Position numbers and translations under genes: made by a program. A DNA stretch of 64,000 nucleotides from Schizochytrium sp. TIO01 (Eukaryota; Protista; Bigyra: Labyrinthulomycetes): positions 930,001 through 994,000 of the forward strand of contig SMSO01000004.1 of NCBI GenBank assembly GCA_004764695.1. Reading direction: 5' to 3'. The number at the start of each line of letters is the position of its first letter. Position 1 is the first letter of the stretch. Shown here in pieces: positions 11,992-22,308 of the stretch. The notes under the pieces are model-generated. The model did not search any database and was not told the origin of the DNA. It saw nothing but the letters and a program-made list of their open reading frames with translations.

Positions 11992-13302
11992 ATGGCTCAG
12001 CGAAGGTTGATTAATGAAGTTTATGAAGATGCTGGTGAATTTCTTCGGCCTCAGAAAGCAGCAAGGCAATTTCAGGGACCCAAGTTTGCTTCTGAGGCTG
12101 CCATAGATCAACGAGACCGAGCTCGGAACGAAGCACGGCGTCTTGCTAGTGTTCGCTCGCGTAAGCGGCGAGATGGTTGGTGGCCTGGAGGTCCTATTCA
12201 GTACTCATCGAGGACCCAAGCTGCACATCTAGGAGAATACGCGTCAGAACTCATTGGTGATCGTCTGCTCAAAGCACAATGGAAGCCCGTGGAGAACCAA
12301 ATGTATAGATGTGTCACTAAGGTCCGCGTTTTAAGAAATACCACAGGTGGCAAAGATCAATGGTTAGCTGCTGGAGATGATTTAGGTTCTATGACACTGC
12401 ATAAACTAGTTTCCGAATCTGCTTCAGGCACTTTGCACTCACGCGCCAGAATGTTCCCAAGACGTATCGATGATTGCGTGAGCATCGGTGACAAGATTTT
12501 ATTTCCTAGAGGGCCTGGCATTGATGTTTGTGCTGTCTCCCAGGATGGAGAGATGAAACGGGATTGTGAACTCTTAGTGGGACCTAATATGCAGTTTTGC
12601 TCTACTCATGTGGGGGTAAGTCCTGCGTCTCCGTGGCATTTTGTAACGCATAGCTCAGTAGATGGCGCTTTACGTTGGTGGGATCTTCGCTCTCCTGAAA
12701 GACCAACAGCAATGGCCCAAACAGGTATTTTGAGCATCAAATCGCTCTCATGTTGTGCTGAGAATATTCATCTAGTTGCGCTTGTCTCAAAAGCTGACGA
12801 GGTGTCGGTTTTCCTGAACGGTGAGCAAGTCTTCCCAGGCTTCCCAGCAAACGATCAAACAAGTGCCACATGGAATCGTCACACGGAGTCCTTTGAACAG
12901 CCAGTCAGTCGACATAGCCAGTCAATCTTAAGCGCAACCCCCATTGATTCGAACCTGCTCATGACAACGGATGGTTTACAATTAAAGTTATGGTCCATAG
13001 ATTCAGGTCGTGGCCTGGCAAGCATTAATGCAGCTCAAAGTTTCGTACTGCCACCACATGTTGTGCAAGTATCTGCACAATCTTCTGCACGAATATACAT
13101 TTTATCATCTAATGATGATTTATGTGAGTACAAAGTTTGCCGTCGCACACAACAGATCGAACACGTTAGTACAAGCGTTTTACCCGAATGCGGTACTGCA
13201 GAGGGCAGCACAGCTCTTGCATCTTCATTCGACGTTAATTCAGAAGGCTCATGTGTCTTTGTGTGTACTAGCCAAGGTCTTCTTTTCGCTAAGAGCGTAT
13301 AG
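11992..13302 (+). CDS. WD40-repeat protein with WDxR (DWD) box; possible DDB1-CUL4 substrate receptor
   Basis: 436 aa; WLAAGDDLGSMTL, SVDGALRWWDLR and HSQSIL...LKLWSIDSG WD-like repeats. Confidence 0.7.
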   Translation: MAQRRLINEVYEDAGEFLRPQKAARQFQGPKFASEAAIDQRDRARNEARRLASVRSRKRRDGWWPGGPIQYSSRTQAAHLGEYASELIGDRLLKAQWKPVENQMYRCVTKVRVLRNTTGGKDQWLAAGDDLGSMTLHKLVSESASGTLHSRARMFPRRIDDCVSIGDKILFPRGPGIDVCAVSQDGEMKRDCELLVGPNMQFCSTHVGVSPASPWHFVTHSSVDGALRWWDLRSPERPTAMAQTGILSIKSLSCCAENIHLVALVSKADEVSVFLNGEQVFPGFPANDQTSATWNRHTESFEQPVSRHSQSILSATPIDSNLLMTTDGLQLKLWSIDSGRGLASINAAQSFVLPPHVVQVSAQSSARIYILSSNDDLCEYKVCRRTQQIEHVSTSVLPECGTAEGSTALASSFDVNSEGSCVFVCTSQGLLFAKSV

Positions 13303-13719
13303 AATTATCAACACGCAGGTGTTGTTGCTCTTTGAATATAATCTTGTTCGTGGGACCCCTGATCAACTAACTCTACTCTCAACTCTTTTCTTTATCAGTT
13401 TAATTTTATGGTCTTTTCCTTGAGGATCGTTGCAGAGCATTCGTTGCACAATGCTGTTTGTCCTTTAGTTTTCCATCTTGTACTACGCACTGAAGTTCGT
13501 TTCTTTAAATTCTTTCTTCTAAAGATGGTACATTGTAGGTAGGGACTGCCTAGGTAAAAGTCTAAAGGCTGGGGCATGCTGAGTTTTTTTTTAAATACCT
13601 TTGAAGTTCCTTTCCCTATCTTGCAAAATCAGTATCTGCAATCTGCCTCGTTGAAGACGACACAGAAACCTCGAAACCTGAAGATACAAAGGTGGTAAAG
13701 TCGATCTATATCTGCGAGG

Positions 13720-14723
13720 ATGGATGCCGACGATGAACTTCGTGCCCAGGCAGCCGCGCAGGAGGCCGAAATCGAAGGTTTTGTGAAAAGCCGCCCTCTG
13801 ATTGGCACCATGGTATGTTGATAATATAATAATGAGGATATTGTGTACTTTTGCGACTTTTCTCGCGGAAAGTATACTCAAAGACAGCGAAGAGCTCTGC
13901 CGAGAACAATCGTTCTGGGAATGTATTCTGAGTCGCACAGCTTTGGGCTATTACATTTATGGACCTAGAAAAATACTGACGAGTTCTATGCCTTGAGTCG
14001 AACTGGAATGCAATTAATTGTGGATGAACTAATTGCAATGATCAGGAAACTGGCTTTGCGTCACTGCGAGAGGAGTTGAAGGGCAATGAAGCATTTCTGC
14101 GTAAAATCCCGTGTCTGGAGTCTAGATACAGGGGTATCCGTCATGTTCGTGGCGATGGCAATTGCTTTTACCGCTCCTTTGTCTTTCGCATGTTCGAGGT
14201 GGCACGCGAGAATGATGACCTCTGCAGGCGTCTACTGAAAGTTGCGAAGGATGCACTTCCGTATTTGCTTGAGGCTGGCTATGAAGAAGTCTCGATCGAA
14301 ACGTTTGTGGATTACTGTATTGAAACGTTAGAGACCCTGAGCAACAAGTCCGAGGAGGAACTTGAAACGCTGTTTAGTGATGAAGGAGAATCGGATTACC
14401 TGGTATGGTTTGGAAGACTTGCTTGTGCCGGCTTTCTGAAGCACTACCCAGAGCGTTTTGAGCCTTTTATTCTTGGCAGTAATTATGGTGATATTGCAAG
14501 TTTCTGCTCTCGAGAGGTGGAGCCAATGGGCAAGGAGGCTGATGAGCCTCAAGTGATTGCCCTAGCAGAATATTGGGGCTTGCGAACTTGCGTTGAGTAC
14601 ATAGACTCTAGCAGTGAAGAGAAAACATCCTCGCATATATTTGGTCCAGGCAAAGATGGAGATCCTGCCAACATCTATTTGCTCTATCGCCCGGGCCACT
14701 ATGAAATTATCTATGAACAGTGA
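13720..14723 (+). CDS. OTUB1: Otubain deubiquitinase (peptidase C65), two exons: 13720-13812 and 14046-14723, ~256 aa
   Basis: Catalytic GDGNCFYRS and RPGHY. Exon 1 (MDADDELRAQ...RPLIGTM) joins in frame through a GTATGT...ACTAAT...CAG intron to the 14076 ORF frame. Confidence 0.9.
13813..14045 (+). other. Spliceosomal intron (233 nt, phase 0) in otubain
   Basis: GTATGT donor, ACTAAT branch site at ~14028, CAG acceptor; splicing restores the reading frame. Confidence 0.85.
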
Positions 14724-15018
14724 ATCAAAGAAAGCCAGTAATATTGTTTGCTTGCTAAACTTTTCATCAATTATGTTGAATTTTACTTTTGCATTGTGAC
14801 TCTTTTTATCATATGCACCCTTCGTCTAACTACTTGCATATCCATACTAGTTGTTAGTATCAGATGGTGCTCAGTTTCCGAAAACACCCGTCCCTCATTT
14901 ACAAATTTAAAGTCTTGACTATCAAATTGTTAAAATTTACAATGACTAGTTCGTGACTGATAATTATATCTATTTCTAATTCTGATTATTAAAAAAGAAA
15001 ATAATGCGCAAAAGACAA

Positions 15019-16845
15019 TCATGATACATTTTTTAGCTTCAAAAAGCAAGCACTTGCAGCAAAAAAATACAAAGCTGCTACAATGAAAATGACCGTATAT
15101 CCAAGATGTGGCATGCCAAAATGCAGACCTTCACGGTTGAACATATCAAGCAGAGCTCCACCAATAGGTGCAGCAATCAGCTGAGGCAAAACAATAGAAA
15201 TGTGCCAGACACCCAGGTCTCGGGCCGCATGCTCTGAGCTTGGCAGCACATCGCAAACGAGTGCGTAATCAAGGGACATAAACGTGCCCATCGCGAATCC
15301 AAAAACTAGCATAAACACCATAGCCACGTAAAAGCTTTCGATAAAAGCAACAGATAAACTACATATGCCAAGAACCATACTTGAGAGTACTAATAAGCTT
15401 TTGCGTTTGCCACCCATGCGATCCGAGAGACGGCCTATAGCTACAGACGAGATAAGAGCAGTACAAAAAACAGGAATGAAAAGTATCGCAGCTCGTGTGG
15501 GCGGTGAAACATTCTCTAGTGGCAGAACATCAGTGACCCAGAATAGCATGAACTGCATTACTGTAAATACTCCAAATTGAATGAGCAAGCGCGTCACAAA
15601 GACCCAGAAAAAGTCATGTTTAGCAAACGGGCCTATCATGCTCGAAAGAACGCCAAGGGGGGGATCATAATGAGGATCGGCATGAGGCTTGGCTTCTTCA
15701 TTAAAGCTAGTGGCACTTGAAATACTTGATGATTCAGCAGATTCAAGTAGATCAGCATTGCCAGACTCTGAGTCGACAACGCGAGGGGATGCCTGATTAC
15801 TAGTGTTTGACGGATTTGTTGAAGGTGCAGGGGGGAGAAAAACATCTTCTTTATACACAGACAAAGTGACAATGCCTGTAAGAATCACCACTATATCGAG
15901 GAGGTAGAAGCTGCTTGCAATACCTAATGATGTAGACGCAGCGCCAAGACTTGCACCAACTCCGTACCCAATAATGGTTAAGGCACCGACAATACCTGAT
16001 GTCGTACCATATTGAGTTCGTTCGGTCATGTCGGGGATAGTTGCGTTGAAAGCTGTTGTATGAAGAACTCCGCCGACCACAATAACAATGTAGATAATTG
16101 AAACTGCAACCATGCTCTCAGCTTCGCTTGACAGTCCAGCGACGATGAAACCAATACCGAGGATTGTGAGCCCAGCTGCCATGAACGGTTTGCGCCGCCC
16201 CAAGCGGCTTCTGCACCGATCACTAGCATGACCCACAAATGGGGGCAAGAGAATAGACAGGATGCCACCTGCTCCCGCCAGAAATCCAAGCGCTCGTCCT
16301 TTGTGGCCATCACCAACAATTGTGAGAATCTGCTGAGGGAGAAGTAGCGAAATGTAGGTTACATTGATTGATGAGCTGCCGATTTGCGCGAGACACATGA
16401 AAAGAATACGAAAGAACGCGACAAAAGTGTGTTCTTCCTCGTCTGAAACAGTTTCAGGATGCCCGTCGTCTGATTTATTTTCATTAGATTGGGTCACTTT
16501 TTGTGCTACTGGGAATCTCACTCGGCTAGTGTGTTCTTGTGATGGCACATTGAGCAGCGCTGCTTCATATTGGATCAAGCTAGACTGCTCTGCAAAAGGA
16601 TCTGGGACTCCTCGAAAGAGTGACTCTTCGTAGTTCTGGGATATGCTATCGCTTGCGAGATAGTAATGGTGACCTGTGTTGTTATAGCGTTTACGAGCAC
16701 CTCGGTTTGAGATAGTACTTGGCACAATTGAGGTTGCATTTTCAACCACTCTCACTGATTCATTATTACTACTATCATGAATGTTTAACCTCTTCACGGT
16801 CATTAGTTTTTTTGGGTCTTTGGAAGAATCTGCGCCAGCCTCCAT
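15019..16845 (-). CDS. Major facilitator superfamily transporter (GPH/sugar symporter-like)
   Basis: 608 aa, ~12 TM. GHASDRCRSRLGRRKPF and GRLSDRMGGKRK loop motifs. Confidence 0.9.
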   Translation of the reverse strand: MEAGADSSKDPKKLMTVKRLNIHDSSNNESVRVVENATSIVPSTISNRGARKRYNNTGHHYYLASDSISQNYEESLFRGVPDPFAEQSSLIQYEAALLNVPSQEHTSRVRFPVAQKVTQSNENKSDDGHPETVSDEEEHTFVAFFRILFMCLAQIGSSSINVTYISLLLPQQILTIVGDGHKGRALGFLAGAGGILSILLPPFVGHASDRCRSRLGRRKPFMAAGLTILGIGFIVAGLSSEAESMVAVSIIYIVIVVGGVLHTTAFNATIPDMTERTQYGTTSGIVGALTIIGYGVGASLGAASTSLGIASSFYLLDIVVILTGIVTLSVYKEDVFLPPAPSTNPSNTSNQASPRVVDSESGNADLLESAESSSISSATSFNEEAKPHADPHYDPPLGVLSSMIGPFAKHDFFWVFVTRLLIQFGVFTVMQFMLFWVTDVLPLENVSPPTRAAILFIPVFCTALISSVAIGRLSDRMGGKRKSLLVLSSMVLGICSLSVAFIESFYVAMVFMLVFGFAMGTFMSLDYALVCDVLPSSEHAARDLGVWHISIVLPQLIAAPIGGALLDMFNREGLHFGMPHLGYTVIFIVAALYFFAASACFLKLKNVS

Positions 16846-17520
16846 GTTAGATACTCACGAAGACGCTCTAACTTGTGCTATTTTACGCAGCTTTGCTGTT
16901 ATCAGAAGAGAGTCAAAGAGATGACCCTCCAGGGTTAGCGATGCCGCTATCTATGACGCACCGTCAGCAGTTAGGTGACCAGGCTGCAACACAGTGTCCC
17001 AAAGACCTCAACACGCGTGTTTTGTGCAGAAGGCCCAGGTTCGGGCTCTGTTGATAATGAATGACAAAGTACTTGTTGTTTGCTTGCTTGCTTGAAGACT
17101 TGAGAAAATGGAATAGCTACTAGTACCTACTACTTAGCTACCTACGTCTAATAACATAACATCCAATATTTTTATTATTTATTTTTGGAATAAAGAAGGA
17201 ATAAAATAGTAATTGCGGAGACCATGACCTCAAGGGATTATCATTGTGCGTGCGCATCTTTATTAACTTATGAACTTCATTAAGCGAGTATGTGTTTTGT
17301 AAAAAGGCAAAAGAACCTATGGCTGTTGAAAAATACATCAATGAAAATGGAATGTTTTACCAATGAGCTTCTTTTGCTAAATTGTAATGACACTTTATTA
17401 GGGAACAACAATATGATATATATTCAGTTATGATGACTGATTTTTTGATCAGAGACGCAGCAAATGCGAAATTAGGTTCGTAGACACAAGGTGATACATT
17501 TCAGACTTCCGATTTCTTCT

Positions 17521-19404
17521 CTAGTGAATCATTGCATACAGAAAGAGTTGGAGGGAGGAAAGAAAGAGAACTGAGATGCAGCCCAGAAAAAGCCCCTGAT
17601 TCCACGCCTGGCGATCGCTGATGGGTATAATTTGTACATGGCAGTAGGCACATGCAATGTTTGCTATAACATTTGCAAACATTTCTTCAAGGGCAGAATG
17701 AAAGAGGAGAAGGAGCATGATTCGAATGTGGGGAAACGCGAGATCGTGGCGCAAGATGCCAACAACAGACCATGATGGTGTTTCCTCGTTTAAAACTGTA
17801 AGGACCTGCTCAGTAGGTACAGGCAAGCCAATTAGCTCAAGCATAGTATTGTGCAACGCAATGTCGATGCGTATGTCAAGGTTACCCATCACCATAGATA
17901 AGAAGATGATGCCAACATAAAAGATGCTACCAAGGGTCATGCATAGCCAAAGCAAGTGCGCAAGTCTCCAGGCATCTTCTGGGACGTGCCTGTCAAATAT
18001 GGTAACAAGTTTGCGCCCGTTTGGCCATGTGTACGTGCCCTTCCCGTGTAGCTGATGATTCGCAAATTCACCTTCATAGCGGTCTCCGTTGGCCCAGTGG
18101 TAAACACCCTGGCCTTCCTTGCTATTAGAACGCCAATTACCCTCAAACCAATCCCCTCCATCCAATTGAAGCCTACCAAAACCGTGCATAAGACCGTCTT
18201 TCCACATCCCGCGATAGACCATATTGCTTGGCTCCATAGACGTCAAAATACCGTAGCCACAAGCCTTTCCGTCGAGCCATTCGCCAACGTACTGTTTCCC
18301 GCCTACCCATTTATACACGCCCAGCCCTGTGAGCTTATCTGCACGAAACTCGCCGTAGTATCTGTTTCCACATGTCCACTTCAAGCTGCCTTTGCCGTGC
18401 GGCTTTCCATATCGTACGCTGCCCACATATCGTTTCCGCCCACCTGCGTCATCAGGAGGATAATTGATTTCGGTCTCACGGCCTGATCGAGGTGTAAGAA
18501 ACCCTTGCAGGATCTCCACTTGCCGCTCTTCGAACGCATCCACCATGTCTTTAAATTCCTGCGATATCATGGAGGACTCAAAATTGTCGCTCTCAAAGCC
18601 ACCTTCAAAAGATTGATTGCTGGTATTAAAACTTCCTAGCGCAAGATCGCTGCCGCCCAGGGAAGCTACAGCAGATGCCAGAGAGAGCCTTTCTGGCGAA
18701 GAACTGGACTGATAATTAGAGGACCTTGATTTCGGTATCTCGATCCCTGATATTTTTGAATTTGTGAAACTCATTGAATCTGATGAGTTTGCTGCATTTG
18801 ACGAAGGCAGTGATGCCAAGGTCAAGTGCATAGAAGCCATGATCTCTGATGTTTTCTCCTCCATCTTCTTTTGCTGCTGATTTTGTTGGTAATATTGTTG
18901 TTGCTGATCTCGATGATGCTGATCTTGGGGCTTGTGGTGTATACTTCGGTCCTCATCCTCATTTTGGCTTCCCTGCTGCAAGCTATACTCGGCGGATGCC
19001 TGTGCTTGCATATCATTTTGGGCCTCTGTTGTATATATTCTTAAGCTACCACTGTCCTCGTCTTCGTTTTCCTCATCTTGATAGGTCTCTTGTGCGTCTC
19101 GACTGTCATTGCAGACATCTAGATCCTTTCCGATGTCGATTCCTGCATTCAAATCTTTTCTTTGGCCACTTTCCTCTCGACGCCTATCACTCCCCGCGTT
19201 GTCTCGTGGCTTGTTCAATCCTTTGTGTGTTTGATGCTCCGCCTTTGCGACATTTTTGCCTTCATGGCGCAAAGGCGGTTGCCTGGGTCTCCTTCGCGCT
19301 TGCCGCACATGCACGATCTTGATAGGCACGTCCTGAGCAGGCTGCACTCTGAGGGCGTGTGCGTCTTGAGGGGCAGATACTAACGCCTGCTTCACGTCCT
19401 GCAT
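17521..19404 (-). CDS. MORN-repeat protein with C-terminal transmembrane segments
   Basis: About 6-7 MORN repeats (YxGx[W/F]xxxxxxGxGxxxWxxG) and a hydrophobic C-terminus. Confidence 0.88.
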   Translation of the reverse strand: MQDVKQALVSAPQDAHALRVQPAQDVPIKIVHVRQARRRPRQPPLRHEGKNVAKAEHQTHKGLNKPRDNAGSDRRREESGQRKDLNAGIDIGKDLDVCNDSRDAQETYQDEENEDEDSGSLRIYTTEAQNDMQAQASAEYSLQQGSQNEDEDRSIHHKPQDQHHRDQQQQYYQQNQQQKKMEEKTSEIMASMHLTLASLPSSNAANSSDSMSFTNSKISGIEIPKSRSSNYQSSSSPERLSLASAVASLGGSDLALGSFNTSNQSFEGGFESDNFESSMISQEFKDMVDAFEERQVEILQGFLTPRSGRETEINYPPDDAGGRKRYVGSVRYGKPHGKGSLKWTCGNRYYGEFRADKLTGLGVYKWVGGKQYVGEWLDGKACGYGILTSMEPSNMVYRGMWKDGLMHGFGRLQLDGGDWFEGNWRSNSKEGQGVYHWANGDRYEGEFANHQLHGKGTYTWPNGRKLVTIFDRHVPEDAWRLAHLLWLCMTLGSIFYVGIIFLSMVMGNLDIRIDIALHNTMLELIGLPVPTEQVLTVLNEETPSWSVVGILRHDLAFPHIRIMLLLLFHSALEEMFANVIANIACAYCHVQIIPISDRQAWNQGLFLGCISVLFLSSLQLFLYAMIH

Positions 19405-19623
19405 TGTGTTCTGCTACGCCTTGGCAGATCTTGGTGGTGTCGTTTCAGCATTGCTCCTCAGTTCACTTTGGAATCTATCACCACAGACCTTTCTAGAGAT
19501 CACGTCGTCTACCGCTGGGTGCGGCATCTCCCCACGACTTCATATTCTGTTGCTACTTGTGACCAGTGCTATCTTCGCCATCGTTCGTGACGGCCTGAGT
19601 GTCTTATCGGTTCACAGTGGTCC

Positions 19624-21528
19624 ATGGCGGCGGCTCATGGGGTCGCTCATGAGGGCTCTGAATTTGGCCATGAGGCACTTTCAGGTCTACTCGGCGAGGA
19701 CTTGGGCGTTGCTCTTGCATCTCTTGCAGTTCCATTCTGTTTCGCTGTGATATTCTTCGCGAGGTGGCTCTTCCGAGACTACGAAGTTCGCAGTCTTGGG
19801 GTGCAGGCGCTCTTCGCTACGACCTTCATGTTATCCGTGAACATGCAGGAGCTTGTGCTTTTTGAGATTATGGATGTCATGCACGCTGAGTCTCGCTGGC
19901 TGTTGTGGAAGTTTGATCTGTACAGTCTCATGCTGCTTCTCACCGTCGTTATTCCTCTGGCATCACTCTGGGCCCTTGTTAACCAACGCCGCTCGCTTCC
20001 GCTACGAGGTCGCCTCATTCTTGTGGTCTTGCTTTATATCTTCTTTCTCTACATGTACGATCACCTTGGCGCCAAGGTCCCTCACTCCCACGATAGCGAT
20101 ACTCCTGAGTCAAATTTGTTTGCAGGCACCCCGTCTCCTCTTGAGCCAGATTCTGTGTTACCCTTTTCCTCGATCTTGTCATCGACATCATTAACTTCTT
20201 CAAGATCTTCTGATAGTTCAAACCCATCTCGTGATCGCCACGATGGCAACTCAATCGTCGTTGAAAAAGGTGATGACATGGATACTTCTTCAGAGAGGTG
20301 GCATATGGGATCTGCGGAATCTGACGAGGCCACAACGCAAGACGAGGCGACTGGCCAAAACGGTGCTTGGCTTAGTCTACAAGCAATGGAACGTATGGCG
20401 CGGAGGCTTATCTCAATAGAATACAGTGTGGGACGTTTGGGTGTACTAGGTGTAGCGGCGATGGCGACATTAAGTGGGTTCGGAGCTATCAATTCGCCAT
20501 ATAAACATTTGTCTATATTTTTGAGGCCTTACAGGGAAGATGAAATTAGAAATCTGGAGCAGCGCACGCTACAGACGATGAGTCTAATTGCCTCCAAGAA
20601 GAAGCGGCTAGCGCTTTTGCTCCAGACTACAAACGCACACATGGACCTCTCATCCAACAAAGACCTGAAGAGGAGACCTACAGCTGGGGGGGTCCCAGGC
20701 CCTGGTGGAGGAGAAGATACACACACCGCCCTTGCTGGATCGGGGCCCGTAGCAAGAGGGCTGCACGTGCTGCTCATCGTTTACCGCTGTTTCCGATGGG
20801 TCATATTTTGTGTGCTTCAAGTTGTGTGTGGCTTTGGCTTGGGGCGTGAGAATAATCTTGAGGTTCAAGTACAGGAACTTCGCAAGGAGGTCGAGACGCT
20901 TGAAGGATTTCACCGCGAGTTGTTCCTAGATGTAAATGAAATGCACATGAACCGAGATCGTTTACTATTTTCAAGAACTCTACGGGGCTGTATTCACTAC
21001 ATGCTAGGGTATGTCTTTTCAGGATATTGTGTGTACAAATGTATCATGGCATCTGTCAATATTCTTTTGGACCGCGACCCCAAGAAGGATCCCGTCACAC
21101 GTGGCTTTCAGATTTTCTTTATGTTTTTTAATGTGGAGATTGATGTACAATTTTGGTCACAGGTCATTTCTTTGATTTTGGTCGGAGTCTTGACTTTTGC
21201 CTCTGTACGCGGTTTCCTGATTACAATTGCGAAAATCTTTCATCAAATATCCACGTCAATCTCTTCGAACTCGGTAGTCCTGTTGCTCGGTCAGATGATG
21301 GGTATGTATTTTATTTCATTTGTGCTCCTCATGCGTATGAACCTCCCTGAAGATTATCGTCGCGTGGTCACCGATGTTCTAGGCGGAGACTTGCAATTTG
21401 CATTCTACCATCGTTTCTTTGACCGTATATTTCTGGGTTCGGCCGTCACCACAGCGGGTGTCATGTACTTTTTACACCGTCAGCGCGAAGAGCGTACGCG
21501 CTTTCAGACATTTGACAAAGTTGCTTGA
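19624..21528 (+). CDS. GPR89: Golgi pH regulator / GPCR-type G protein (GPR89/GTG)
   Basis: LFRDYEV, ELVLFEI, RLGVLGVAAMATLSGFGAINSPY, GMYFISFVLLMRMNLPEDYR, LQFAFYHRFFDRIFL. Confidence 0.95.
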   Translation: MAAAHGVAHEGSEFGHEALSGLLGEDLGVALASLAVPFCFAVIFFARWLFRDYEVRSLGVQALFATTFMLSVNMQELVLFEIMDVMHAESRWLLWKFDLYSLMLLLTVVIPLASLWALVNQRRSLPLRGRLILVVLLYIFFLYMYDHLGAKVPHSHDSDTPESNLFAGTPSPLEPDSVLPFSSILSSTSLTSSRSSDSSNPSRDRHDGNSIVVEKGDDMDTSSERWHMGSAESDEATTQDEATGQNGAWLSLQAMERMARRLISIEYSVGRLGVLGVAAMATLSGFGAINSPYKHLSIFLRPYREDEIRNLEQRTLQTMSLIASKKKRLALLLQTTNAHMDLSSNKDLKRRPTAGGVPGPGGGEDTHTALAGSGPVARGLHVLLIVYRCFRWVIFCVLQVVCGFGLGRENNLEVQVQELRKEVETLEGFHRELFLDVNEMHMNRDRLLFSRTLRGCIHYMLGYVFSGYCVYKCIMASVNILLDRDPKKDPVTRGFQIFFMFFNVEIDVQFWSQVISLILVGVLTFASVRGFLITIAKIFHQISTSISSNSVVLLLGQMMGMYFISFVLLMRMNLPEDYRRVVTDVLGGDLQFAFYHRFFDRIFLGSAVTTAGVMYFLHRQREERTRFQTFDKVA

Positions 21529-22308
21529 ATCATTACGTCATTTCCTTAAATTGTACCACCACGATGCATGGCTGCATACTGCTATAGTATATTTTTGCTT
21601 TTAGATTTTTTGTTTTCATTTTTTTGTTTTGATTATCACCGCTCTGGACTGTGTGTTCGATTTAGAGGTTGATTGTGAAAATTAGCCCTTGGAATATTTT
21701 GTGAGTCAGACTAAATTTCAACCTGAGAGAAAGTTAAGCAAAAGTCGATGTTAGCTCTACAAAACCTACTACTCAACAAGAATGATAAATATCAATATAA
21801 ATGAGAGATTGTGTCAAATGGACTAATGCCAGAACAGCTGTATGGAAAGCTGGAATGTGATTCCAAACACGGCGAAGTAGAAAGCGTTTCTTCCGAAGTT
21901 GATGTGTTACGGTTTGGAATATCTCTTTCAAAATTGTCTTAAGGTTTGAGGTATAAAGCATGATTGCATGTTAGAAAATGGGGTAGGGGTGATCAAATAA
22001 GTCTTCTCGGCATCGAATAGGCATACTTCAAAACAATAGTGTTTTCCACACGATCCATCCCCGGCAGAGGAAAAGGTGCCTATAATGCCTGACTATTTAA
22101 TGAATTGGTTTTTGTTGTTTTTATTGTTTTTGTTTTGATATTTTCAAAATTTGGCATTTCTTTTTCTCATCATGGAAGTAAGATGTTGTTCGGGGAATAT
22201 TGAAAGAAAGTATTTAGTAGAGAATCAGGAGAGACATTGTGAAAATTTAATAATGTTGTATGGAGCAACATTAGGTACAGAATATATTTAGATTAGATCT
22301 AGCCCCGC

